Below, piece by piece: positions 27,602 to 35,976 of a stretch of DNA of 64,000 nt. How positions within the stretch are numbered: the stretch's first letter is position 1; each line of letters begins with the position of its first letter. Origin of the DNA: Candidatus Methanomethylophilaceae archaeon (GTDB taxonomy: Bacteria; Fibrobacterota; Fibrobacteria; Fibrobacterales; Fibrobacteraceae); NCBI GenBank assembly GCA_963629575.1, contig CAVGIM010000003.1, positions 6,770 to 70,769 of the forward strand. Reading direction: 5' to 3'. The translations under genes and the position numbers were made by a program. The notes below the pieces were generated by a model, which was given only the letters and a program-made list of their open reading frames with translations, did not search any database and was not told the DNA's origin.

Positions 27602-27863
27602 TCAGAGCTTAGTCGAGAAAACTTGGAGCTTAGAGTTGCGAAACGGGCTTTTTACTTTTTGCCGAAAGGCTTTTTGTCGCGAAGCGACCTGTTTCCGCCT
27701 GGCGGCGGAGGGTGGGCGCCTGCCTGTCGGCAGACAGGCCTACCCGGCGAGGGGCGTGTCAGAGCTTAGTAAGCAGAGCTTAGAGACGCAGAGCGATCCG
27801 CTTTACATTTTGAACCTAAACGTCTGCGAAACTCAGATCTAAGCTCCAAGCTCTAGGCTCTGA
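27602..27863. mobile_element. MITE-like non-coding element with terminal inverted repeats and nested hairpins
   Basis: Perfect 13-bp IR CTTGGAGCTTAGA (27622-27634 / 27838-27850); outer IR 27602-27612 / 27853-27863 (10/11 match); internal direct copies of CAGAGCTTAG. Confidence 0.5.
27719..27740. repeat. 22-bp palindromic mini-repeat, copy 2 (CCTGCCTGTCGGCAGACAGGCC)
   Basis: Exact reverse complement of 7096-7117. Confidence 0.85.
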
Positions 27864-27908
27864 CCGCGCTCCAGGATGACCGCTAGAAGTAGAAGTTCGC
27901 TCGGAGTC

Positions 27909-27976
27909 CCACTCTTCACCCTCCACTCTCCACATTCCACTCTCGACACTTCACTTTCAACCCTCCACCCTCACCT
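27909..27976. repeat. Degenerate heptamer tandem array, consensus CCACTCT, about 9-10 units
   Basis: ccactct tcaccct ccactct ccacatt ccactct cgacact tcacttt caaccct ccaccct. Confidence 0.8.
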
Positions 27977-28024
27977 AGGTTCCCCCTCGACGGAGCCATC
28001 CAATTCTTTTTAAATTTTATGCCG

Positions 28025-28594
28025 ATGATTATTCTCGGTATCGACCCGGGCTCCTACACGACGGGATACGCTTTTTTGGAAAAGGACGAAAACGCTCCGA
28101 TTCGCGTCCTCGAATACGGAACGGTTTCCGCATCGAGAAAAGACTCTTTTGAAGACAGGCTGGTAAGAATTGTCTGTGACCTGGAAAATTTGGTGGCGCT
28201 CTACAAGCCGACTGTTTTCATCATGGAAAGCGCGTTCTTTGCAAAGAATGTCCACAGCGCCATGATCCTTGGGCATGTGCGCGGAGCCATTCTTGTCATG
28301 TGCCATCGACGCGGCATGGAGTTTTTTGAATACAGTCCGCGTTCGGTCAAGCAGGCGGTCACGGGAGACGGCGCCGCCTCGAAGGAAAAGGTCGCCTATA
28401 TGGTGACGGCAAGGCTCGAAATCGAAAAGGAAAACGTAAAGCTCGATGCGACGGACGCTCTTGCTGTCGCCTGCACGCATCTGTTTTCCCGAAACCAGCC
28501 CGTGTGCCAAAAAACGAAAAGTCCGGCGCGCTCTTCGAAAAGCGCGACATGGCGCGCGCTTGTCCTAAAAATGGGAGGAACGCTTCCCGAATGA
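28025..28594 (+). CDS. ruvC: Holliday junction resolvase RuvC
   Basis: ILGIDPG, IMESAF, LGHVRG, VKQAVTGDGAASKEKV, DATDALAVA. Confidence 0.95.
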   Translation: MIILGIDPGSYTTGYAFLEKDENAPIRVLEYGTVSASRKDSFEDRLVRIVCDLENLVALYKPTVFIMESAFFAKNVHSAMILGHVRGAILVMCHRRGMEFFEYSPRSVKQAVTGDGAASKEKVAYMVTARLEIEKENVKLDATDALAVACTHLFSRNQPVCQKTKSPARSSKSATWRALVLKMGGTLPE

Positions 28595-29277
28595 AACCGC
28601 TATCTCCTTATGGTCTTGAAAATGATGACTTGGTCAAGATTCCCGGAACGGATTACTTTGTGCGCGATTCCGTCCTGGAACCTTTTTTAAGGCTCTCCGA
28701 GGCTGCTACGGCGGCCGGGTTTAAAATGCGCGTGGAAAGCGCTTTTCGTCCTTTCGACAGGCAGCTTTCTATTTGGAACGGCAAGGCGATCGGCAGACTG
28801 AAACTGCTTGACTCGGACGGACTTCCCTTTCGGGAAATCCCAAAAAGACCGTCGGATCGGATGCGGGCGATTCTCCTCTGGTCCGCGCTTCCCGGAGCTT
28901 CCAGGCATCACTTTGGCACGGAACTCGACGTGGTCGATGGAAACAGCGTACCGGAGGGTTATGAAGTCGAACTGACCGAAGCGGAATGCGACGGGATGTT
29001 CGCGCCTTTTCACCGCTGGCTTTCGGAACGGATCCAATTGGGGAAAGCCTTTGGCTTTGAACGGGTCTTTGTCCCGGGACGTGGAAAAATTCGACCGGAA
29101 CGCTGGCACATTTCTCACCGGGAGTCGGCTTTTGAACAGGAAGCTCTTTTTGATCCCGAAATCTTGCGGGGCATCTATGAACGCTCCGAAATGGAACTGA
29201 AAGAAGCCGTTCTCGAAAATTTTGACGAGTTGATGCGCGACTACGTCTTTCCCTATTTCAAGGAAAACTCCCGATGA
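28591..29277 (+). CDS. M15 family metallopeptidase (D-Ala-D-Ala carboxypeptidase, VanY-like)
   Basis: SAFRPFDRQ, WSALPGASRHHFGTELD, ERWH; ATGA overlap with ruvC. Confidence 0.88.
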   Translation: MKPLSPYGLENDDLVKIPGTDYFVRDSVLEPFLRLSEAATAAGFKMRVESAFRPFDRQLSIWNGKAIGRLKLLDSDGLPFREIPKRPSDRMRAILLWSALPGASRHHFGTELDVVDGNSVPEGYEVELTEAECDGMFAPFHRWLSERIQLGKAFGFERVFVPGRGKIRPERWHISHRESAFEQEALFDPEILRGIYERSEMELKEAVLENFDELMRDYVFPYFKENSR

Positions 29278-29978
29278 CCGCTCCGGAATTCCGGGATATC
29301 GCTCTTCGGGGCGTCTTTCCGTTTGAACTGAAAGAATTCGGGCGTTCCGTGGAAGGCATTCCGCTCTGTTATCTGCCTTCCCGAAAAATTCCGCGTCTCC
29401 TCGTCTTTGCGGCGATACATGGCGAAGAACCCGAAACGACCTTTCTGCTTTCCCGGGCGTTGCGAATGCTCTGGGAAGCGCCTTCGCATGTCGCCTGCGT
29501 CTTGTCGCTAAACCCCGACGGAATCTTGCGGGGAACTCGCGGAAACGTTCGCGGCGTCGATTTGAATCGGAATTTTCCGACGGCGGACTGGAAACCCGGG
29601 AAGACCTTTTCGCGACCTGTTCTGGAAGCTCCTCGCGCAACGGAACTTTCGACGGGGGAGTCTCCGGCTAGCGAACCGGAAACTCGGGCCTTGATCGATC
29701 TGATTCGCCGGCTAAAAGTGTCAAGGGTCGTGGCGCTTCATTCGCCTCTCGGCTGGATAGATTCCGATGTTCGCTCGGAACTCTGCCATGCGCTAGAACG
29801 TGTCTTTGGACTTCCGTGGAAATGCGGCGCGGGCTATGCGACGCCAGGAAGCTTCGGAACGTTTGCGCGTGAATGGAAGATGGATTGCGTGACGGTGGAG
29901 CTTCCGCGCGAAGCTCCCGAAAAGCTCGACCGGTATGCGGAGCCGCTCGCTCGATTCCTTCGGGATTTTGACGGCTAG
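29274..29978 (+). CDS. mpaA: Murein tripeptide amidase MpaA (M14 family)
   Basis: GRSVEG, IHGEE, LNPDG, DLNRNFP, SEPET, LHSP, GYATPGSFG, TVELP. Confidence 0.85.
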   Translation: MTAPEFRDIALRGVFPFELKEFGRSVEGIPLCYLPSRKIPRLLVFAAIHGEEPETTFLLSRALRMLWEAPSHVACVLSLNPDGILRGTRGNVRGVDLNRNFPTADWKPGKTFSRPVLEAPRATELSTGESPASEPETRALIDLIRRLKVSRVVALHSPLGWIDSDVRSELCHALERVFGLPWKCGAGYATPGSFGTFAREWKMDCVTVELPREAPEKLDRYAEPLARFLRDFDG

Positions 29979-30778
29979 TTCTCGTCCCTGGATTTTGCCG
30001 CGTCCGCCAGGATCTGTCCGCGGTTGACAAAGCCCATGGCGAACCCTCCGACAATGTAGAGCGCGCAAAGGATCAGGAGAAAGCCCGGAATAAAGGAAAA
30101 CTTCGGGGAGATGAAGAGAAATCCGCAGAGGTACACGACAAGGACGAGCACTATCTGGATGCCGTTCACGATTTTGTTTTGCCGGGGCTGGAGCTTCGGG
30201 AGAAAACAGGGGCTGACCATCATCAGGCCGGTGAAGAGCAGTACGATGACCGGAATGTAGAGGTGGTTAGCATTGTTCGACGTAAAGATTCCGTGCTGGG
30301 TCGCGTAGGTGAGCAGGATGACATTGATGGCGCCAGCAAAAGTGCTCGGAAGTCCCGAGAAGTAGTGCTTGTAGGCATCGCTGTCCATCGCGTTATACTT
30401 GGCGAGGCGCATCGCGGCGCAGAGAACGTAGATAGCGAAAGCGACGATTACCAGGGCCATGTTCTGTCCGAGCCAGTCGGGAACGTTCGCCTTGTAGCTG
30501 AAGAAAAGGCAGAAGGCGGGGGCCAGTCCAAAACCGACCAAATCGCCTAGACTGTCGAACTGGGCGCCAAATTCGGAACTCGCGTTCACGAGGCGCGCCG
30601 CAAATCCGTCGAGCTTATCGCAAAGAACCGAAAGAATGACAAAGTAGGCGGCCATGCGGAATGGATCCAGGGAGGAATAGCCGTTGAACATGCCCGCAGA
30701 CCAGCAGACGGAAAACACGCCGAGCAGAAAGTTCATGCTGGTGAATGCATTGGGCAAGATAAAACGCGCTCTTTTCAT
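29975..30778 (-). CDS. CDP-alcohol phosphatidyltransferase (PssA-like)
   Basis: LPNAFT, DKLDGFAAR...GAQFDSLGD, RLAKYN, FSGLPS. Confidence 0.88.
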   Translation of the reverse strand: MKRARFILPNAFTSMNFLLGVFSVCWSAGMFNGYSSLDPFRMAAYFVILSVLCDKLDGFAARLVNASSEFGAQFDSLGDLVGFGLAPAFCLFFSYKANVPDWLGQNMALVIVAFAIYVLCAAMRLAKYNAMDSDAYKHYFSGLPSTFAGAINVILLTYATQHGIFTSNNANHLYIPVIVLLFTGLMMVSPCFLPKLQPRQNKIVNGIQIVLVLVVYLCGFLFISPKFSFIPGFLLILCALYIVGGFAMGFVNRGQILADAAKSRDEN

Positions 30779-30849
30779 AACGAAGTCTCCATTTCGGTGG
30801 ATACAATCTAAATAAAAAAGTCCGTCGTGGAACGGACTTTTTCTTGGTA

Positions 30850-32628
30850 TTACTGGGCTTTGACGGGCTTGATTTCCCATAGCGCCTTGATTCCCGCGCC
30901 GACGATCAGGTTTTGCGGGGGGGCGTAAGGATTTTCTTCGGTCGGAAAGTTCGTCCAGTGCCTTGTCGAAAACTGGTAGTATTGCGTTGGGCGGTACATC
31001 AGCGGAAGCACAGGTATCTGTTCCATGAAAATCCGGTTGAGGGAACGGTAGGCCTTTTGCGTTTCGGCGGAATCCGTGAGCGAGGGAATCAGGGCAAGCA
31101 GGCTGTCTGCCTGCGGGTCGCTGAAACGCCCCTGGTTCGAAAAGGCTTCTTCGCCGACAGGCTTTGCGCTCTTGCTGTTCATTACCTGGTCAAAGCGCGT
31201 CCACGGTGTCGCCGCGGAAAGGTCGGCTGTCTGCGTTTTCATCGCCAGGTCGAATTTTCCATAGCGCAAGTCCTTTTCCCATTCTCCGTAATCGACAAAG
31301 CGCTGGTTGGTCGCAATGCCGATTTGCTTGAAGGATTCGGCGACAACCTTGATGACGTCTTCCCAGTCCGTCCATCCCTGGGGACATTCCAGGCTCAAGG
31401 GGCGGACAGGGCGACCGTCCTTGTTTAACAGCTGTCCCTGCGTATCCCAGGAGTAGCCGGCGTCTTCCAGAATCTTTCTTGCCTTGTCGAGATTGTAGGA
31501 GTAACCGTACGTCTTGGCGTCTTCCTCGTTGTAGTAGCGGACTTCCTGGCCAAAGGGAAGGATGAATCCCGGCTTGACGGAGTCCGTGTAATTGGACACG
31601 GCGATGGCCTTTATCTTTTCAAAGTTTATGGCATGGGCGAGCGCACGGCGAAACGCGACATCGGTAAAGGGCGTCGTGGTCGTCGCAATGAAAAGCGTCG
31701 GAATCGAACCCGGATAATGGTAAGGTTCCTTGAGGCTCCAGGCGCGGATGTTGTCGCGCTTCTTTTCCCAGATTCGGGGCATGAAGATGGAAGAAACGTC
31801 GAGTTCTCCCTTTGTCATTGCGTTGTTGAAAAGATTGTTGCTCGTATAGAGCGAGTGGACAATGTAGAGAGGCGCGGGCGGCTTTCCTTCGTGCTTGGCG
31901 TTTCCCCAGTAGTTTTCGACCCGCTTGAGGACTATCTTGTCCGGGTAGTAGGTTTCGAGATTGTACGGTCCGGAAACAACGGGCTGGGAATCGTTCTTGA
32001 AGGCAAGGACGTTTGCGTAGTTGTAGCGTCCGTTCCTTTTTGAAGACTCGACTAGCGGCTGGAATACCTTCTTCGGAAGGATCGATGTTTCGGAAAGGAG
32101 GTTGAGAAGAACCAGCGGATTTCGGTTCGCCTTGTTCATGACGAACTCGATGCGATTCCCGTCGGCCGAAATGCGATCGATATATTGCCAGCCGGTGTGG
32201 CGAGGGGTCGGAAAAAGCGAATCGAGATAGAACGTGTAGATGACGTCGTCCGCAGTCACTTTTTCGCCCGTGTTCCAGTGCGCTCGGGAATCCAGCTCCA
32301 CGATAATGGACGAATCCGTCTGCAGGTAGGACGTCGCAAGCATCGGCTCCGCCTTTCCGTCGAGGATGTTGTAGGCGAAGAGCGTTTCGTACATCAGGCG
32401 GATGTTGCCGTCAATGGGAAAGTTCGGGTCGGCATCTAGCGGGTTGAAAGTCGTTCCGGGGGGAGCCCAGTCGAATCCGCCGAGATAGAGTGTCTGGGCG
32501 CGCGGATAGAGAGAGCTTTCCATCGAGGCGGAGTCCTCCTTGTCCTTGCAGCCGAAAAGCCCAAGGAAAAAGAGACCGGACAGCGCGATGATCGGAAGCC
32601 GATGTTTAGGTATGAATTCTTTACGCAA
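30850..32628 (-). CDS. ABC transporter solute-binding lipoprotein, family 5 (oligosaccharide/peptide)
   Basis: LFGC lipobox; YETLF, TADDVIYT, SGPY, FRRALAHAIN, GWTDW. Confidence 0.88.
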   Translation of the reverse strand: MRKEFIPKHRLPIIALSGLFFLGLFGCKDKEDSASMESSLYPRAQTLYLGGFDWAPPGTTFNPLDADPNFPIDGNIRLMYETLFAYNILDGKAEPMLATSYLQTDSSIIVELDSRAHWNTGEKVTADDVIYTFYLDSLFPTPRHTGWQYIDRISADGNRIEFVMNKANRNPLVLLNLLSETSILPKKVFQPLVESSKRNGRYNYANVLAFKNDSQPVVSGPYNLETYYPDKIVLKRVENYWGNAKHEGKPPAPLYIVHSLYTSNNLFNNAMTKGELDVSSIFMPRIWEKKRDNIRAWSLKEPYHYPGSIPTLFIATTTTPFTDVAFRRALAHAINFEKIKAIAVSNYTDSVKPGFILPFGQEVRYYNEEDAKTYGYSYNLDKARKILEDAGYSWDTQGQLLNKDGRPVRPLSLECPQGWTDWEDVIKVVAESFKQIGIATNQRFVDYGEWEKDLRYGKFDLAMKTQTADLSAATPWTRFDQVMNSKSAKPVGEEAFSNQGRFSDPQADSLLALIPSLTDSAETQKAYRSLNRIFMEQIPVLPLMYRPTQYYQFSTRHWTNFPTEENPYAPPQNLIVGAGIKALWEIKPVKAQ

Positions 32629-32740
32629 GTCAGCTATCCACCCTTTTTTGGTTATTTGCTTTCAGTATCTTTATACATCTTCTTATAAAGATATAGAATG
32701 ATTGATAGAAAATGACATTTTCGTTTGTAAAAAAAATATA

Positions 32741-35257
32741 TCAGAATGATTTTGCAAGCGGAAAAGCGTAAAGCAGCCGCTTTGGCGATATGCAGAAGAG
32801 TGTGTTGTCGAGAATAAACGGGGTTCCCGAACCTCCGGGGGTGGAAAAGCGCCTTTCGACGGTCCCTTTCGAAAGGGAAATCTGCGCAATATGGGACTGT
32901 TGGTCGATATAGAGATAGTTTCCGCTTACGACAGGACTGGCAAAAACGGAGTTTTGCCCGGTAAATGTCCAGATAGCTTCGCGGGATGTTGGACCGTATA
33001 GGCTGATTTTCTGGTCGGCAAAGCCAGCGAGGAGGTATTTGGCGCTTCCGATGGGGACCCACTTGAGCGAAAGGACCGCGGAGCCTGTCGAAAACACCGC
33101 TTTCGGCTCTTCGGATTCCGGGGTGTAGAGGCGGATTTCGTTCTGGTCGGTCGCGATGGCGATTGTCGAGTCGGTGACGGCCATGGCGGAAATGTTTGCC
33201 CTGGATTCGAGCATGTGCCTTGGATTCTGCCCGGCCGCTTCGCTGACAAACCCGAGCGTCCCTTCGAGGCTTGCTACCGCAATGTTTTCCCTGGAAATAT
33301 CGAACAGGAAGGGAAGGTTGAACAGCTTTCGCGCCCAGGCGATGCCGTAGCTCGGGGCGAGCAGCTTGATCAGGTAGCCATTCCACGTGGAAACGTAGAT
33401 GGCGTTTTCGTGAAACTTTATCTGGAAAGGCTTTCCCGGCAGTTCGCTGTAGTGCAATCTTCCCCCCGGGGAAAGCTCGTGGATTTGCAGCCGGAAGCCG
33501 TTTGCGATGGCGAGCCTTGCGTTTCCGCTTTCGAGGACGGGGCTTGTTTCGAGAAGTCCCAGGCTCTTTTCCCAGCGGATGTTTCCCGATGACGGATCCA
33601 AGGCGATGAGCTTCTGGGCGGCAGGGTCGATGGTAAATAGCGTATGGCCTGCGCTGAAAAGGCTCGGGTAGAGGGTTCGCGGAGACAGAGGGAGAAAGTG
33701 GACGTAGGAGGCTCCGATGATTCGCGCGTAGTGGGAGAGAATGGATGCGCTCGTCTGCTTGTCGCCGAACGAATGGCGGACCGCGGTGGACCAGGCTTCC
33801 GCGCGCTTCGTTTCGCTCTCGCCGATGCGTTCGAGATTTACCGCATACAGGTAGCTTGCCGTCGGGTTGCCCGGTTCGAGCTTCTGGGTGGAATCGACGA
33901 GCGCTTCCATTTCTTGCCAGTTCCCCGCATCCTTGGCCTTGAGCGCTTGTTCCGCATAGCGCTGGGAAAGAATCGGACGGCCTCCGTAGTGGAGCGCGTC
34001 TAGCGTAAGCAACTCGCCCTTTTCGAAGGGAAGAAACAGAAGCCCTTGGCTTTGAATCGGTTCCGCGACGAGGGGCTTTCCAAAGTGATAGTGCCAGAGG
34101 GGTTTCAGGGACGTATCGACAACGGAGAGAGCGCCTTCCCTGGAAAAGATTCCGAGCGTCCCGCAGGCTATCGGGAAGAGCTTTTCCCCATCGATAAGCG
34201 ACTTGGCGAGTACGGCTCCCGATTCGGGATCGAGAAGCTTCAGCTTGCCGTCGCTTTCGAGAACGGCGATATTTCCTTCAAGGAATTCGATGTCCTCGAT
34301 CGGATTTTCGGCATTTTTCCAGATGTAGGCGTTTCCCGACTGCGGGTGAAAATGCCAAAGCGCATTGGAGGAAGAAACGAAAATCCCTTCGTTCGATAGA
34401 AGCGTTTTCTGGATGGGATCGATCAGGGAGAGCGTCTGCGTTTCCTTTCCGGATTCCGCCTCGAACAGATGGAGGGCGTTATCCGGGCAGCTGACGACAA
34501 ATGCGTTTTGCGGCTGGTAGAAGCCTACGGGCGAACATCCGCGATAACGGATATCGATGGAAAAGCGGATTCCCTCGTTCGCGGCGAATGCGAATGTCTT
34601 TTCGGTGATGACAAACGCGCCGATTCCCGGCAGGGGGAATAGGCTTGAAATGACGGAATCGAATCGATAGGAATGGACGGGCTTTCTGGAATCCTTGGGC
34701 TGGAAGTGTAGCGTCGTCTCGTTTTCGTCCGAGAACCAGATGCCGCCTGCCGTAACGGCGAGAATTTTCGCCTTTTCGGAAATGAACGTGGGCACCGAGA
34801 CGAATTTTTCGTTGTGCAGGCTGTAGAGCTGGTTATTCGAAAGCAGGATGGACGGATGCTTGCCGTTAAACGTTTCCCGGATGGGGGCGGGGAGAATGGA
34901 CCGGTCGATAACTAGACGGGTCGGTGTCGTATCCAGGCTTTCGATTCGGCTGGCGAGAAAGTAGGCATCTCTCGCGTTTGCGGGGCTTGCGAGCGCCTGT
35001 CTGTAGTAGAATGTCGCGTTGAGCGGACTTTCGGAAAGTTCCTGGATCTTTCCCAGGAGAAAGAACGCCTTGCTCTTGTCCTCGTCGTCGCCTTCGATGG
35101 AAACGCGCGAAAGCATGTCTTGCGCTTCGGCGAAGTTTCCCTTGATTTCGAACTGATAGACCGCTTCGTAGAGTTCCTTGCCCATACGCGAAGAAAACGC
35201 CTCGGAAACGCAAAGGAGAGTCAGGAACGCCAGTCGGAAAATCGGAAATCGGAACAT
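32741..35257 (-). CDS. Exported TPR / PQQ-like beta-propeller repeat protein
   Basis: Signal peptide, N-terminal TPR-like helices, repeated LxALDxxxGxxxW-type blades. Confidence 0.7.
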   Translation of the reverse strand: MFRFPIFRLAFLTLLCVSEAFSSRMGKELYEAVYQFEIKGNFAEAQDMLSRVSIEGDDEDKSKAFFLLGKIQELSESPLNATFYYRQALASPANARDAYFLASRIESLDTTPTRLVIDRSILPAPIRETFNGKHPSILLSNNQLYSLHNEKFVSVPTFISEKAKILAVTAGGIWFSDENETTLHFQPKDSRKPVHSYRFDSVISSLFPLPGIGAFVITEKTFAFAANEGIRFSIDIRYRGCSPVGFYQPQNAFVVSCPDNALHLFEAESGKETQTLSLIDPIQKTLLSNEGIFVSSSNALWHFHPQSGNAYIWKNAENPIEDIEFLEGNIAVLESDGKLKLLDPESGAVLAKSLIDGEKLFPIACGTLGIFSREGALSVVDTSLKPLWHYHFGKPLVAEPIQSQGLLFLPFEKGELLTLDALHYGGRPILSQRYAEQALKAKDAGNWQEMEALVDSTQKLEPGNPTASYLYAVNLERIGESETKRAEAWSTAVRHSFGDKQTSASILSHYARIIGASYVHFLPLSPRTLYPSLFSAGHTLFTIDPAAQKLIALDPSSGNIRWEKSLGLLETSPVLESGNARLAIANGFRLQIHELSPGGRLHYSELPGKPFQIKFHENAIYVSTWNGYLIKLLAPSYGIAWARKLFNLPFLFDISRENIAVASLEGTLGFVSEAAGQNPRHMLESRANISAMAVTDSTIAIATDQNEIRLYTPESEEPKAVFSTGSAVLSLKWVPIGSAKYLLAGFADQKISLYGPTSREAIWTFTGQNSVFASPVVSGNYLYIDQQSHIAQISLSKGTVERRFSTPGGSGTPFILDNTLFCISPKRLLYAFPLAKSF

Positions 35258-35976
35258 CAGACGTCGAACTTGTAACCAGCTCCACGGATGGAGAGGATGA
35301 TTTTCGGGTTTGCCTGGTCGTCTTCGAGTTTTTTGCGGAGGTTGACGATGTGGTTGTCTATTGTGCGGGTCGAGGGCATGTTGTCCGCCGTGTATCCCCA
35401 GATGTCCTGCAAAAGATCCTCGCGCAAGATGACCTCGCCGCGTTTTCCCCAGAAGTACTTGAGAATCTGAAATTCCCGCGCGGAGAGCTCGATGGGAACT
35501 CCGTTCTTGCTCGCTTCGTATTTCTTGAAGTCGAGGTGGATGTTGTTGAAATCGACGGCGTCCTGCGATGCCTGGGATTCCGACGAGGCGTTCGGCATGC
35601 CGGTACGCGGACCGCGCCGCAAGAACGCCTTGACGCGGGCGAGAAGCTCGAGGATGGAAAAAGGCTTTGTCACGTAGTCGTCCGCACCCATTTCGAGACC
35701 TGTCACCTTGGATGTCTCTTCCGTTTTGGCGGTGAGCATGATGATGAACGAGTCGGGATGCTTCTTGCGGATGTAGCGGCAGACCTCGAATCCGCTTTTC
35801 TTGGGAATCATTAGATCCAGGATGACCAGATCCGGCAAGAACGCGTCCGCCTTTTCGATAGCCTCTTCGCCGTCTCCCGCGGTTTCCACCGTGTAGTTTT
35901 CGAGCTCGAAGTTGTCTTTCAGGCCTAGCCGGATGATTTCTTCGTCTTCGACAATGAGGATTTTCCTGTTTTCCAT
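35257..35976 (-). CDS. OmpR-family response regulator
   Basis: ILIVEDE, LDLMIP, GADDYVTKPF, RTIDNHIVNLRKK, RGAGY. Confidence 0.95.
   Translation of the reverse strand: MENRKILIVEDEEIIRLGLKDNFELENYTVETAGDGEEAIEKADAFLPDLVILDLMIPKKSGFEVCRYIRKKHPDSFIIMLTAKTEETSKVTGLEMGADDYVTKPFSILELLARVKAFLRRGPRTGMPNASSESQASQDAVDFNNIHLDFKKYEASKNGVPIELSAREFQILKYFWGKRGEVILREDLLQDIWGYTADNMPSTRTIDNHIVNLRKKLEDDQANPKIILSIRGAGYKFDV

Noticed and set aside
27582..27842. 86-aa ORF in the repeat region (contains LPVGRQA)
   Set aside because: It is a translation of palindromic repeats, with no RBS and no protein-like features.
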